Assembly: GCA_977018835.1 (NCBI GenBank)
Contig: OZ361256.1
Span: 7,068,001 to 7,132,000 of the forward strand
Direction of reading: 5' to 3'
Length of the DNA: 64,000 nt
Source of the DNA: Minutocellus sp. GHC0000111
Taxonomy: Eukaryota
Shown here: one piece after another, positions 34,300-45,800 of the stretch
Layout: each line of letters begins with the position of its first letter
Position numbering within the stretch: the first letter of the stretch is position 1
Program-made: the position numbers and the translations under genes
The notes under the pieces: model-generated
What the model was told of the DNA's origin: nothing
The model's database searches: none
What the model saw: the letters and a program-made list of their open reading frames with translations, nothing else

Positions 34300-34792
34300 A
34301 CATCAGCTCGCACTCGTTTGATAGCAGTGGTCCTTCCTGCCTGCTTTGCCGAGCGCACGCCCTGCGGCGCACTCCAACTCGGCCTCGAGCCCACGCCCTG
34401 CGGCGCAGTCAAACTCGGCATTTATTACTCGCAGAGTTGCGCCACCAAAGCGCATCACAAACTCGCGAGGAGTAGATTTACGTGCTCCCCAGCACGGTGA
34501 TCGACATGGCCTATCTCCCGCCCTGTAGCGGTCGGTCGGAGTTCCATTGCGGCATCTCAACGACACGGTGATGCGGTGCATCAAAGTGCCAATAAAAGAC
34601 ATCGGAACGAACACAAAAGATGTGCTCACACAAGATGCGATGGGTCGGATGAACTAATTCGAATCAGCCGGGACCAACCAGTGACGTACCAGTCGACATG
34701 CACCAGCCAAAGCAAGATGTAATCCGTTCCAACACATCCAATCACCGGCACAAAGCAAAGATGTCGTGCTGCTCTCTCTAATTCGATAACTA
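34300..34792. repeat. Direct repeat copy 2
   Basis: Matches 29441-29932. Confidence 0.95.
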
Positions 34793-36231
34793 TTAACGAG
34801 ACTTCGGGAAGATTCCTGACGGACGTGACAAGACAGCATTCTCGGAGGAGCAACTGGAGCCTCATACAGATTCTCTGCTGGGGTACTTTCAATTACTCGG
34901 GGAACAAAGACATTGTTGGGGTTGGTGGCATCAGCAGGAGCTGCTTTAGCCGTCATCGCAGCGGTAGTCTTGGTCTTTTTCCTCACGATATGTTCCTCCC
35001 TATCCTCCTTTTCAGCACGACTGTCATTGTATGCTGATAGACTGCCACTGCTGCGCTTGCCCTGCAGCTTCTTCGCTGCCTCTCTCTGCTCTCTTCTCTT
35101 CTCTCTCAACTCTTGCTTCAGTATCATCTTCCTCATCTCGCATGAAGTTATGGCATACGACACCATCTGCGTCTTGGCGACGGGGGCCTCCACATCGTTG
35201 TTCTCATCTTGATCATCATAAGACATAGCCTGAATAATCATGGTCCGGGCAGTTTCGAAGGATTCAGTGCCAAGGTCCATGGCAAGCTGGGCTGATTCCT
35301 TGCCAAGCTCGAGGGCGGCGTGGGCGCCCTTCTTGGCGATCGGTGCCGCTACTTTGGCAGATTCCTTGCCAAGCTCGAGGGCGGCGTGGGCGCCCTTCTT
35401 GGCGATCGGTGCCGCTACTTTGGCAGATTCCTTGCCAAGCTCGAGGGCGGCGTGGGCGCCCTTCTTGGCGATCGGTGCCGCTACTTTGGCAGATTCCTTG
35501 CCAAGCTCGAGGGCGGCGTGGGCGCCCTTCTTGGCGATCGGCACGGAAAATGCTACGGCCTTCTCACTTGCTTTGTAGGTGGCGTGGGCGCCCTTCTTGG
35601 CAAGGGGGACAGCTACTTTGGCCGATTCCTTTCCAAGTTCAATTGCGACATGTGCGCCTTTTTCGCCGGCCTTCATAGCGACTTGCGCGCCCTTCTTGGC
35701 GATAGGGACGGAAAACGCCACAGCCTTTTCGGTGGCCTTGATGGTGACATCCTTGGTCTTTTGGACGGGTTCGCTCTGGGCCAGAGGGATGAAGACATTG
35801 TCGTTCGCGGCCGTTATCGGCATCATGGCAGCATCCGCCACGCATTTGGCTGCCGGAGCAACTGCCTTCTTGGTCTTTTTGACGGTATCGAAGCTGCCGA
35901 TGTGATTGGCGACGGGTCGGACGAAATTGGTGTTGCCAGCCCGCATGACATTTTCCTTGTCGAGTGCATTCTCGAAACGGTGAGCGGCAGCACCAACGTG
36001 GTCGGACGCAACCTTGAGGACGGCCCGGGTCTTCTGAATCCCGGTATCGGCATTTTTGGCGACGCCACCGAATTTTTGTGTCGATGGGGCCATGTAGACA
36101 TTGGCGCTGGCCGACGAGAGGCCACAAGGCATCGGCTTCGTGTCGGTATAGGCCGAGGCAGATGAGCGACGTGCCTTGTGCGGCCGGATGTTGGACTTCT
36201 TGGCGGTCGGTACCTCGTGGAGCAGCGTCAT
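34654..36231 (-). CDS. Ala/Lys-rich protein with 22-aa tandem repeats; C-terminus runs into the direct repeat
   Basis: Likely ATG 36231 (MTLLHEV); repeats KESAKVAAPIAKKGAHAALELG; last ~46 codons lie within 34654-34792. Confidence 0.7.
   Translation of the reverse strand: MTLLHEVPTAKKSNIRPHKARRSSASAYTDTKPMPCGLSSASANVYMAPSTQKFGGVAKNADTGIQKTRAVLKVASDHVGAAAHRFENALDKENVMRAGNTNFVRPVANHIGSFDTVKKTKKAVAPAAKCVADAAMMPITAANDNVFIPLAQSEPVQKTKDVTIKATEKAVAFSVPIAKKGAQVAMKAGEKGAHVAIELGKESAKVAVPLAKKGAHATYKASEKAVAFSVPIAKKGAHAALELGKESAKVAAPIAKKGAHAALELGKESAKVAAPIAKKGAHAALELGKESAKVAAPIAKKGAHAALELGKESAQLAMDLGTESFETARTMIIQAMSYDDQDENNDVEAPVAKTQMVSYAITSCEMRKMILKQELREKRREQREAAKKLQGKRSSGSLSAYNDSRAEKEDREEHIVRKKTKTTAAMTAKAAPADATNPNNVFVPRVIESTPAENLYEAPVAPPRMLSCHVRQESSRSLVNSYRIRESSTTSLLCAGDWMCWNGLHLALAGACRLVRHWLVPADSN
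35294..35541. repeat. 66-bp coding tandem repeat, about 3.8 near-perfect copies plus degenerate copies to about 35730
   Basis: gattccttgccaagctcgagggcggcgtggg... recurs at 35294, 35360, 35426, 35492. Confidence 0.95.
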
Positions 36232-36536
36232 GGTTGGCTTTGGCTGGATGGGTTGGTTTTGATTGTGAAAGTAGTGATGGCGCGAGGTCAAAAAATGAAA
36301 AAATGCATGTGCATTACTTTTTCTTAATCGAGCGAGTCGAGTGAGTCGAGTCGAGTCGAGTAAATCGAGCATAGAAAGCGAGGGCCGGGTTGTTTTGAGA
36401 ATATGCAAATACGAGTTCGTAATTCATGTTGCACTGTTGCACTGTCTCTAGAAGATCTACTACCGGTTACCATGGTAGATCTACCGGTACCTACATACAT
36501 GAAAAGAAAAGTACATGTAAAGCAGTCGCTAGCTAC

Positions 36537-36956
36537 TAGAGGAGCTGCCAAAATAAGGCGGTGCACTTTATAAGGCGGAGCTACTTGTCATCCGCCAACC
36601 CTGACTGCAGCCACTAGGGAATTTTCTAGTAGAAGCTAGCGCTACTAGTAGGTAACCACTACCAAAACGCTCATCTGCCCCCCTTCGAGGGAGGCGGGAC
36701 CAATATATTTTTGACGGGACCAAACCCATTTACTAGTAGTTTGTTAGCCGCCTTATTTCGTCACTCGGTCAGAGCTCGAGGCGGAGCCTCGAAATTTCTT
36801 TTCCCTCTGCTTGGCACCTTCTCGTCAAAACGATTTTTGGAGGCAGTTACCACACCTAGTACTTCAATTTACAAGAGTATTAGCTGGTTTCATTTACTTT
36901 TAGTCATCGAAAACCAACATCACCTCAACTTCCGCCTTATTTTGGCAACTCCTCTA
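36537..36956. mobile_element. MITE, about 420 bp, with 23-bp TIRs flanked by TA
   Basis: ta-gaggagctgccaaaataaggcgg (36537-36561) and ccgccttattttggcaactcctc-ta (36932-36956), one mismatch; internal taaggcgg/ccgcctta sub-repeats. Confidence 0.85.
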
Positions 36957-37050
36957 TAGATCTAGACTACTAGCTACCGGTAGGAATACGTACGTGTACT
37001 AGGATTCCTACCGGTACCACCGGTATATCAATCTCACATGGTGAGACCAT

Positions 37051-39060
37051 TCAATCGATCTCCATGTCATTGATGGCTCTGTTGAGGTCATATGGCAGAT
37101 TCTCGTCATTCGCCTCGTCGGTTTTGCTGCCGCCGTTTCCATTACTAGTACCGGTATTTTTCTCCAATCCCTCCTTCTTGAGCCTCCAAATCCTTCCACA
37201 CTCCTTCATGACCTCGGGCTGAGTTACGAACGAACCACGCTCTGCCACGAGCCTTTCTCGAACTGCCTTGGAATTTTGTTGAACAAACAGACTGAATCCA
37301 GTTGGAGCGCGTTTCTTCTTTGGCGTGTGACCAACAGTCTCGGTATCATTCTTGCTGCCCGGAACCTCAATCTCCATAAGTCTACCCTTGCAAGATCCAC
37401 AGCAGTGCTTGTTCGGATCGACACTACGGCTGTGTCTTTTGATGATGGATCCACACTCGGTATTTTGGCACTTCCAGGCAAACTTGAAGCGAATGACATA
37501 GTCGTGAGTCGTCGTTACCTCCACATCTCGAATCCTTCGCATGGAAAGGTTGGCCCATTTCTTAAACACCTTGCCATGCGGTGGTTTGTGCACACCGTCG
37601 ACCAGCCAACCTGCCGCGTGGCACATTTCGTGCAAGAGTGATGCCCTCAGTCTCTCGAGGTTGTCCAAAATCTTGGTACTAAGCTCAATTGTCGCGATGC
37701 GACGCATACTATCCGATGTGCCGATGCGTTTCAGTCGGGTGAGGCCGGCGGTCGTTTTCAACCGTTTTGACCACACCACTTCCACCGAAGAAAGTGATCC
37801 ATTGAACACCTTGGTATTGAACTCGGCAAAAGTCGATCTTGTATACTGCTCTCGCTTTCTAGCAAAGGTGGTGCGAGAAACGTCTTGGTACGATGTGACC
37901 GACTTTTTGTTCGTAGATTGCTTAGGCTTCGGCTTGGTCTTTTGTGTCTTTGGAGGTTGCGTCGGGGTTTTTTTCCTGCCCTTTGGAGCGGCATCGGCTG
38001 TATTAGCCTTGCTAATCTTCTTCTTTGTTGGACTGACAATCTCAACATCGTCATCACTGCTGCTACTGCCGTCACTACTGCTAGCGATACCATCCGAGAC
38101 CACAAAAGAATCCTCGAGATGCTCTGATGAGAAATCATCACCGCCAATGCTCTCACTTGTGGCGGAATTGATGTCTTCCTCTTCGTCGTCATCGCTGAGG
38201 ATAATGGCATCATCATCATCATCCTGTTCCTCCTCTTCCTTCGGCTTTGTGGCCTTGGACGTAGTACTTGTGGTAGGTGTAGCGAAGCTGCCAGCTGGCC
38301 CACTCCTCGCCTTATTGTCATAATCGGTATCACCATCCCCGTCACCATCGATCCACTCCTCCTCGATTGTGGTATCATTGTTGAATGAATCATCGTCGGA
38401 GGATGACAGGATGCTGTCGGAACGACGGCGCCAACCTGACGCTGACGCTATGTTCCGTCGAGCATTGCGACGCGGACGACGTGGCATGGCCACGGAAGAC
38501 GAGGAGGAAGCGGACGACACCGACACCGACACCGATGTTGATTTGTTGTCGTCGTTTAGATCGTCCGCGGGCTCGCCGTCATCATTGCTGCGAGTACTCG
38601 GCGAGAAAGATGTGTCCACAACCACCACATCGTCGTCGTCATCTTGATCGTCGTCGGGGTCGTCCGTCCGTTTGTTGTCGTTGGCTGTATCGTTGGTGAT
38701 GGTGCCAGTTTCGTCCTCGAATATCGGCTCGGCACACTCACCGACGCATCCCAGCACGGCACAACTTTCGTCGTGGTTCTGCGGCACTCGGAGTGAAATG
38801 GCCTTGCCACCGAGGATGGCCGGAAGCAGCGAGGGTATATTGGACGGCAACGTCTGTGATGGACCTGGGCTACAATTGCCGTTGCTCTTCTCCTCCTGGT
38901 TCGTCGCTGAAGGAGCTGCTGAGGAAGGAGCCGTACCTGCTGCTGCCGACCCGGCCTTCTTCTTATCGGCGGCCGCCAGAGCCCTCCATAACGTCCCGTA
39001 CTCGGAGAGATGGCCCTCGAAGCGCTCTCGAACGCTGCTGCCACTTGCTTGGTTCGTCAT
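37051..39060 (-). CDS. GCNA: GCNA/ACRC: acidic disordered region + SprT metalloprotease + Zn finger + HMG box
   Basis: WSKRLKTTAG, IELSTKI, LLHEMCH, PHGKVFKKW, C..C..RHSRS..C..C, FSLFVQQN...VMKECGRIW. Confidence 0.9.
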   Translation of the reverse strand: MTNQASGSSVRERFEGHLSEYGTLWRALAAADKKKAGSAAAGTAPSSAAPSATNQEEKSNGNCSPGPSQTLPSNIPSLLPAILGGKAISLRVPQNHDESCAVLGCVGECAEPIFEDETGTITNDTANDNKRTDDPDDDQDDDDDVVVVDTSFSPSTRSNDDGEPADDLNDDNKSTSVSVSVSSASSSSSVAMPRRPRRNARRNIASASGWRRRSDSILSSSDDDSFNNDTTIEEEWIDGDGDGDTDYDNKARSGPAGSFATPTTSTTSKATKPKEEEEQDDDDDAIILSDDDEEEDINSATSESIGGDDFSSEHLEDSFVVSDGIASSSDGSSSSDDDVEIVSPTKKKISKANTADAAPKGRKKTPTQPPKTQKTKPKPKQSTNKKSVTSYQDVSRTTFARKREQYTRSTFAEFNTKVFNGSLSSVEVVWSKRLKTTAGLTRLKRIGTSDSMRRIATIELSTKILDNLERLRASLLHEMCHAAGWLVDGVHKPPHGKVFKKWANLSMRRIRDVEVTTTHDYVIRFKFAWKCQNTECGSIIKRHSRSVDPNKHCCGSCKGRLMEIEVPGSKNDTETVGHTPKKKRAPTGFSLFVQQNSKAVRERLVAERGSFVTQPEVMKECGRIWRLKKEGLEKNTGTSNGNGGSKTDEANDENLPYDLNRAINDMEID

Positions 39061-39499
39061 GGTGGCAGCCGCCGAAAATAAAACGATCGAAAATAAAAAA
39101 TGATGCCGATGCGATGCGCGATGGATCTGGGCCGTCCGTCCGTCGTCACCGCGCCGCATCGCATCGCCGCATCGCTCGCTTGTGTCGCTCATATTTTCCG
39201 TTCAAAATTTCATCCGACCGTTTTAGCCCCGCGCCCGCCAAGGATTCACGGATGCATGAGATGTATGTTCTGCGAATGAACCAAGCATTTGCACCATTTG
39301 TTGCCTTCTATTAATAGTCGAACGCTGAGCCGTCTAGTCTAGCTAGCAACGTCTGGAAATTTGAGAGTCATCAACTGAATCAATCGACTCTTGGAAGTGG
39401 CGTCGCATCGGGTCACAAAGCAGACGCTTCAAACGCCGTGTGGAGAAGTGAAAATAAGTGAAAGTAGCCACAAGCAAGCGAAATAAGCCAAGTCCATCA

Positions 39500-40690
39500 A
39501 TGAGAATGCTATTCAGATCGGCCATCTTGATGGCCACTGGTGCTATAAGTTCGGTCGGTGGTGACGATATCGATCCACCACTACTAGCACTTGGTGCTGC
39601 TGATAAAGATGCCGCTAATGGCGCGATGAATCACCAAACTCACACCCTGACCGGCTTTCGTCTGAGTGATTTGGATGCCGAGTTCAAATCTCGTGGTATG
39701 GGCCGTCGACTCTTGCTGCCCGATCAAGATGGCAAAAACGTGGGCGATGATCAGTACATATCGACGATCGACGCCTTGGAGGGCGTCGACGATCTTCAGA
39801 CTGACTTCTTTGCTGCATTTGGGCGCAACTTCACTGAGGAGGAACTGAACGATGCCCTCGACGATGCCTATGTCCGTGCCACGGAAAACGACGGGGCCAA
39901 TCTTCGATTTGAATTCGACGAAGATCTTCTCCTGGAATTGGAGCGTCGACGAGCGTTGAAAGAGCAGGGTGGTGACGAAAACGCCATCGTCTTGGATCTG
40001 AATCCTACTACTTCTACTTTTGCATCTGATTCCCCAAGGAAAAGAAGTACCGGTAGGAGGCTGCAATCAGCGATCATTCGAGGTGGGACGGGAATGCTGG
40101 TGACACTGCAATCGCCTGGCTTTCCGGGAAATCCTGGACGTCGATCGGGCATCCATGGGCTGTTCTGGTGCGCCTCTCTTCGTGAAACGCGTCGAGCCGA
40201 CATTGAAACTCCCCTCAATCAGCGACTGACTCTCAAGAATTGCAAGACTGCCGACATACGTCAGATCGAGTGGACATACACGACGGATCTGGAACTGCTG
40301 GTATCACGCGTGGGAACATTTTTTCATTCCTTCTGCGCACGGACCAAGGATGGGCGGCAGGGACGTCTTCGTGAAAAGATTCGGATGAATCAGTGCGGTA
40401 CCAACATCAATAATACGCAGTCTTGGGAGCTCAATACCAACTACCAGTGGATATCATCTGCCGATGCTGGACTTTGTGTGACAACCAATCGTGGACAGAA
40501 GGGCCGGGGCAATCTCAAGCTTCGAACGTGTGTGGAATCGGACGATGTGGTGGAGAAATTCGATGCCGGACAGTTGTGGACTCTGTGTCGGACGGAGGGT
40601 ACCTGTGCTGTTGGGACTGGTTCCTTCGATAGAAGATTGCCGCTGCAATGCGACATCACGCAGAACTGCCGGCCGAGTGGGCGGAGATAG
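39500..40690 (+). CDS. Secreted protein with ricin-B (beta-trefoil) lectin-like C-terminus
   Basis: Signal peptide, RRL processing-like motifs, repeated Cys pairs with QSW/QLW motifs. Confidence 0.6.
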   Translation: MRMLFRSAILMATGAISSVGGDDIDPPLLALGAADKDAANGAMNHQTHTLTGFRLSDLDAEFKSRGMGRRLLLPDQDGKNVGDDQYISTIDALEGVDDLQTDFFAAFGRNFTEEELNDALDDAYVRATENDGANLRFEFDEDLLLELERRRALKEQGGDENAIVLDLNPTTSTFASDSPRKRSTGRRLQSAIIRGGTGMLVTLQSPGFPGNPGRRSGIHGLFWCASLRETRRADIETPLNQRLTLKNCKTADIRQIEWTYTTDLELLVSRVGTFFHSFCARTKDGRQGRLREKIRMNQCGTNINNTQSWELNTNYQWISSADAGLCVTTNRGQKGRGNLKLRTCVESDDVVEKFDAGQLWTLCRTEGTCAVGTGSFDRRLPLQCDITQNCRPSGRR

Positions 40691-41020
40691 GATGGCATAC
40701 GTGTACATGGGTGGTGTGAATCTTTCTGTGCTGGCAGATAGAGATCTCTAGCTTTCTAGCTCTACATGTAGCTAGGCTGCAAGACGCACGGCCCAGTAGA
40801 TCTAGCGCAGGTACCGGTAATAGATCTACGTAGCTAGTCTACGTAGATCTCATCTACAACGTAAATAATTTTCCCGCTTACATGTACCTAGGCACACCTA
40901 CACGTTGGGTACCGGTACCGGTAGATCTAAATCTACACCACCAACAAAAACACCGTAATACCAAGGTCCATCTCTCTCCCACACACGCCGACACCGCGCG
41001 AGAGGACCAAAAAGCAAAAT

Positions 41021-41100
41021 TGACATCTGCAGGATTCGAACCTGCGCCAATTAAGACCACGGCCTTAACGTGGCTCCTTAGACCGCTCGGACAAGATGTC
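41021..41100 (-). tRNA. tRNA-Leu(AAG)
   Basis: GACATCT/AGATGTC acceptor stem, CCACG-TTAAGGC-CGTGG anticodon arm, GCAGG-TTCGAAT-CCTGC T arm, extended variable region. Confidence 0.95.
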
Positions 41101-41274
41101 GTTGTTCAGCTATATGGTTATCACGCAAAAATATGTCTGCTTTTTATGGAAAAACTCCTGCGCGCGTTTCACCGTGCGACCATATCGAACTTGCAAACTT
41201 GACACTACTTGTGTGAGTAGCCATCTCTTTTCTCCGCCGCATCAATAATCGTCCCCCCCCCCCCAATCTCTCTC

Positions 41275-42274
41275 ATGTCATTCACGGAAATCACTGAAAG
41301 TACTCGCACTCCCAATAGGAGGAAGAGGAGTGCTCACGCCGATGCCCAACATTCGCCGGCCAAGTCTTCTTCGAACAAGAAATCGGCCCTGCCGACAACT
41401 TCATCACACGTACGTTGAAGCTCAAGCGCTTTGCTTCGTTTGTTCTCGATGGATTACTCCGACTTATCTTGTTCTCACCATCCCCTCTTCAGCAATTTAA
41501 CTTCGACCCTCATCCCCCACTGTCACACTCACTATTATCGTAGGTCTTCACAAGCTAATGGAGAAATCTAGCACAGAACATCCACAAGTTGCATCGTGGG
41601 GGACAGATGGCAGTGCCATCGTCATCCACGACCAGGTCCGATTCGTTGCCTTATTCGCCGAACCAGAGTACTTTCGGCCCTGCACGGCGACGTGGGGTGC
41701 CATTCATAAGCAGTTGAATCAGTATGGTTTCGAGGAAGTGCGCACTCCCCGAGCCATTGCCGATCTGATTGCTTTTCCCGGCGATGCCCATACCGACACT
41801 CGTCCACGCAATGCAGATGATATTCCAGATACTGATGATGGAGAGAAGCCAAATGCACCAAACGATGATGTAGATACCAACAGCATACTCAATCTTCCCC
41901 CTGGAATCCGAGTCTTTCGATTCTATCGCGGTGCATTCCGGAAGGGCGATGAAAAGTCAGCCAGGGACATACTTCGATGGCCAGGAGCGGATGGGAGCAC
42001 TCGCGTCAATGATCAGAACGAAGTGAACAAGGCGGCGCTAGAAACGCTCAAGGCGAAGAACGATGAGCTGCAGAACAAGGTGGATCGATTGGAGGGTGTG
42101 GTCAACGAGCTTCGTACGGAAATGTCCAGCAACTTTGATGAATTGAAGAAGATGCTTGGTGGTGCCGCTGGCGGAAGAGTGAATGATGATGCTCTTGGTA
42201 GATCTACTACTCTTCCTCTGCCATCCCATATTGATGATCATGGCTTTTCTTCCCTGGATGATTTGTTAGCTTAG
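41275..42274 (+). CDS. Heat-shock-factor-type transcription factor (divergent); intron 41410-41543
   Basis: Spliced NFITRLHKLME, VASWGTDGSAIVIHD, KQLNQYGF, coiled coil; exon 1 needs one extra base near 41388 to link to ATG 41275. Confidence 0.8.
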
Positions 42275-42815
42275 AAGCTTCTAGCTAGGCACTGATGATT
42301 TTGTAGTAAATGTGTAATGTTGTTGAATGAGAATGAAATGCCGAGGTGACTGATGAGACCGACCTTGCCAAGCAAACAAACAAAAGAAGCTGTCAAAAAA
42401 CAAACAGTCAACTGGCTTTTAAAATGTATTTAGGTATCCTATAGGATTCCTACCGTCCCTACATAACATATTCTTGTAGAGGAAATCCCACGCTCGGGCG
42501 ATTTTAAGTAGAATCAGAATTCATGAATCGAATCAGTTTTTGCAACCGGAAATCGCGCAAAAGCTTCGCTTCAATCAGGATTGATTGTGCTTCCGGATTC
42601 CGGCGTTCCGGCCATACACCCCGTAACCAACGTAAAGGAACTTCCACCAAACCGTGCCGCTCACGATCACATGCAAGAAGATTTTGAGGCAAAGCGCCCA
42701 CAAGAGAAGACGAGAAAGAATAATAACACGGAATCGAATCAATCAAAAGCAATAACCCTTTCACCTTGACCGCCCGGGTGGTTCAGTTTGCACCGAGAGA
42801 GACGTGTGGGACCGA

Positions 42816-45800
42816 ATGGAGGAGGACACCGGTGGCCGGCACGAGCCCCCCGGGGACACCGGTGCCGATGCCGATGCCGCAGAGGTGAACGTCGGCAGAT
42901 CGGGGCCACCGGGCGGAACCGAAGCCGCCACCGCCAGAGGTTTCGGTGCGGGAGGAGGTGGAAGTGGAGGGGGTGGGTCTGGACGTACTCGTGGAGCGCC
43001 TACGGATGATGACCGGCCTCCTCCGCAGGACGCCCCGGCTGGAGAGATCGGTAGAGTGGACGGTGGCGGTCATCCACGATCAGCGCCGCCGCATGATCTG
43101 CCAACCGACGCGGACGGAGGCGGCGGCGGCAAGATTCAGTCCGTCTTGAATGCCGCCGCGGTAGTGGACTTCAACGAGGAATCGCCGGAGCATCGGCAAC
43201 GGGCTGTGTCTGGTCCTGACGACGCGGCGGGAGGTGTCGCTGGCGCCGATGAGGGTCGACTGGGGGCGGAACTAAGTACCGGCAGCAACAACCATGTGGC
43301 TGCTGTAGATCGGCCACGGGACGCCCAACCCCCATCGGTTCACGATTACAGTGTGACCGATGATAGGCCTACTTCATCAACGGCCTCAGCATCCGAGCCA
43401 GCGTTGCGTGCCAAGAAATCACCCAGACCAAATCCCAGCGACGTTGGTCCTACGGAGGGTGATTACTACAACTACGAGGATGAAGAGGGCGAGGAGGACG
43501 AGATGGAGCATCAGCAGCAGCACGACACGGACGACGACAACGAAGTACAGATTGTCAATACGAACGCTGCCTGTGATTGTGACAAACGCAAGACTAGGAA
43601 GGGAAAGAAGAAGAAGAGTGGTGCAACAAGTGGCGGTGGTGCTACTCGTAATAGTGGTAGTGGTGCCACCGGCTCCATCCGATCCACCCGCAGATCCGAT
43701 CTAAATAATCGTCTACAGCAGGTAGGGGTCGGATCAAGAGTTGGTATCTTTTGGCCGCTGGACAATTTGCACTATCCCGCCACGATCATTGCGACGCACG
43801 GGCGATGGCCCTATACATATACCTTCCTATATGATGATGGGGAGCAAGAATCTTTCGATTTGAGCAAGCATCAACAGTTCCAGATCCTCCACGATGAAGT
43901 GCCCAAGGCCGCCCTTGATGCCATTGCTACCGCTAGCCTTCGCGAAGGTGGCGATCAGAATGGCGGTGACAATTCTCCCATCGCCGCTCAACGTACAAGA
44001 AGAAGGACAACAAGAGCAAGTGGTGAAGATGATACCGCCGAGGTTGAAGAGCAGGGGAAAGACTGGGTCTGCCCCACGTGCAAGAAGACCAATCCGTACC
44101 AGAAGAAGCTTTGTCAGTGCCCGTCGACACGCAAGAAGGGAAATGGAAAGATAAAGAAGCTGTGTGCGATTCCTGATTGTTCGAAACAGTCGCAAGGACC
44201 AACATCTAATTCAATGTGTCAGCGCCACTTTTCCCTCTCTAACGATCGAAGGGATGGGGACGGAGATGCTGGTGTCCCCGCTGCAGAAAAGGAGTCGTCA
44301 AAGAAGAGAGCTCAGAAGGCCCCTGATCGCTTCGATGGGCAGGAAATCAGCAAGTCCGCCAGTTTTGACGGCGGTGATCACAAGTCCGAAGCCGAGAAGT
44401 CCAAACGATCCAAATCTGCCTTTCGAAGCAACAATAAGAACGAGCTCTCTGTTGACGAGATCTCGAATTTGAGGTCGCGGCAGCCCAAGAAGAAGTCTTC
44501 CAGTACGAGGGCGAGTATTAGTCGAGGTGCGCGAGAAGACGAAAGTAGCGGGACTGATAGCGACACTGAGAAAAAAGAATATGATGAAGCTTGGATTTGT
44601 CTTGGTTGTGGTACTGAAAATGCTCCAGAAAGGAAGAGGTGCTCTCCGCCGTGTGGGAGATGGAGAGGCGGTAGCAGAAATGTAGCGACAAGCCCCGCAA
44701 AGAAGAAGGATCCTTACGCCGGCCTGAAGCGACGAGATTCACCACGTAATCCATCAAAGAATCAGTGTGGTAAATGTGATGCTTGTATGGTCGACGACTG
44801 TGGCGAATGCAGGCATTGCCTTGATATGAAGAAGTTTGGCGGTCCATGGAAAATCCGGGAAAAATGCATGAATCGCCCACCCTGCAAAAATCCTCCCTCC
44901 ATGTCCTCTGTCAAGAAGTCAAAGTCGAGGGCACCGGTATCTCCCTTTGAGCGTACTTCGAGAGCTGGTCGTCCCCCAAGGGCCAAGCCGGTTCCTCTCG
45001 CTCCGCCAGCTGGAAGTATTGCGTTGGATCCATTGAAGCTGGCAGATGCTGTTGATGTCCCGAGGTCCACTGAGAGCTGCGACTGGTCCTTTGATGAAAA
45101 CTCTCGCGTACTTCTCGCCAAGTTCAATCTCGGGAGTAGTTCCAGTATCGATCCTGTGCACAAGGAAACACTCCTCAAAATGATGGAGAGGGATGATATT
45201 ACCGTTGTAAGCGAGGGGCTAGTCGGCGACCTGAATCGAACGCTCTGGGATATGCATTATGTCTCAAATCTGGTCGGCGACAAGCCCTATCACAAGGTCC
45301 GTCGCTTCGAACGCGAGCTGGTAGAATTATCCTCCGATAAGCCAGAGAGCGAAAAGGATCAGGCCGAGGAAAAGATTGCGGGCGGCGACAGTACTGATTC
45401 CGCTGCAGCAGCGGCGACGCCAGCAGAATCCGTTCAAGTCGAAGATGCTGCCAAATCAAGGGGGGCTTCAGCGTCTGCGGCAGAGGAATCGTCATCAGTG
45501 GACCCAAGACAGCAGTTCCATGTCCGGCATAAGGAGGTGGACAAGAATCTGTCTATGAAGATATCGGATTATTGCAAATACCTGGACAAGCGTTCCACTG
45601 CGCTGCAATCTATTGCTGAAAAGAGATCGAAGAAAGGAGTCGATCTAGTGAATCCAGCTTCCAGGGAAGATTATCTCATCGGCCGTCCGACCGATGTGGA
45701 AGGGCAGAACTCAGAATCCTTTACCTTTCTTACCCATGATGGCAAGGAGGAGACCATCAACGTCGTCGACGAAGTCCTGTACTTGATCGACTATGATATG

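Noticed and set aside
35294..35541. CRISPR-like array
   Set aside because: Contiguous 66-bp in-frame units with no unique spacers
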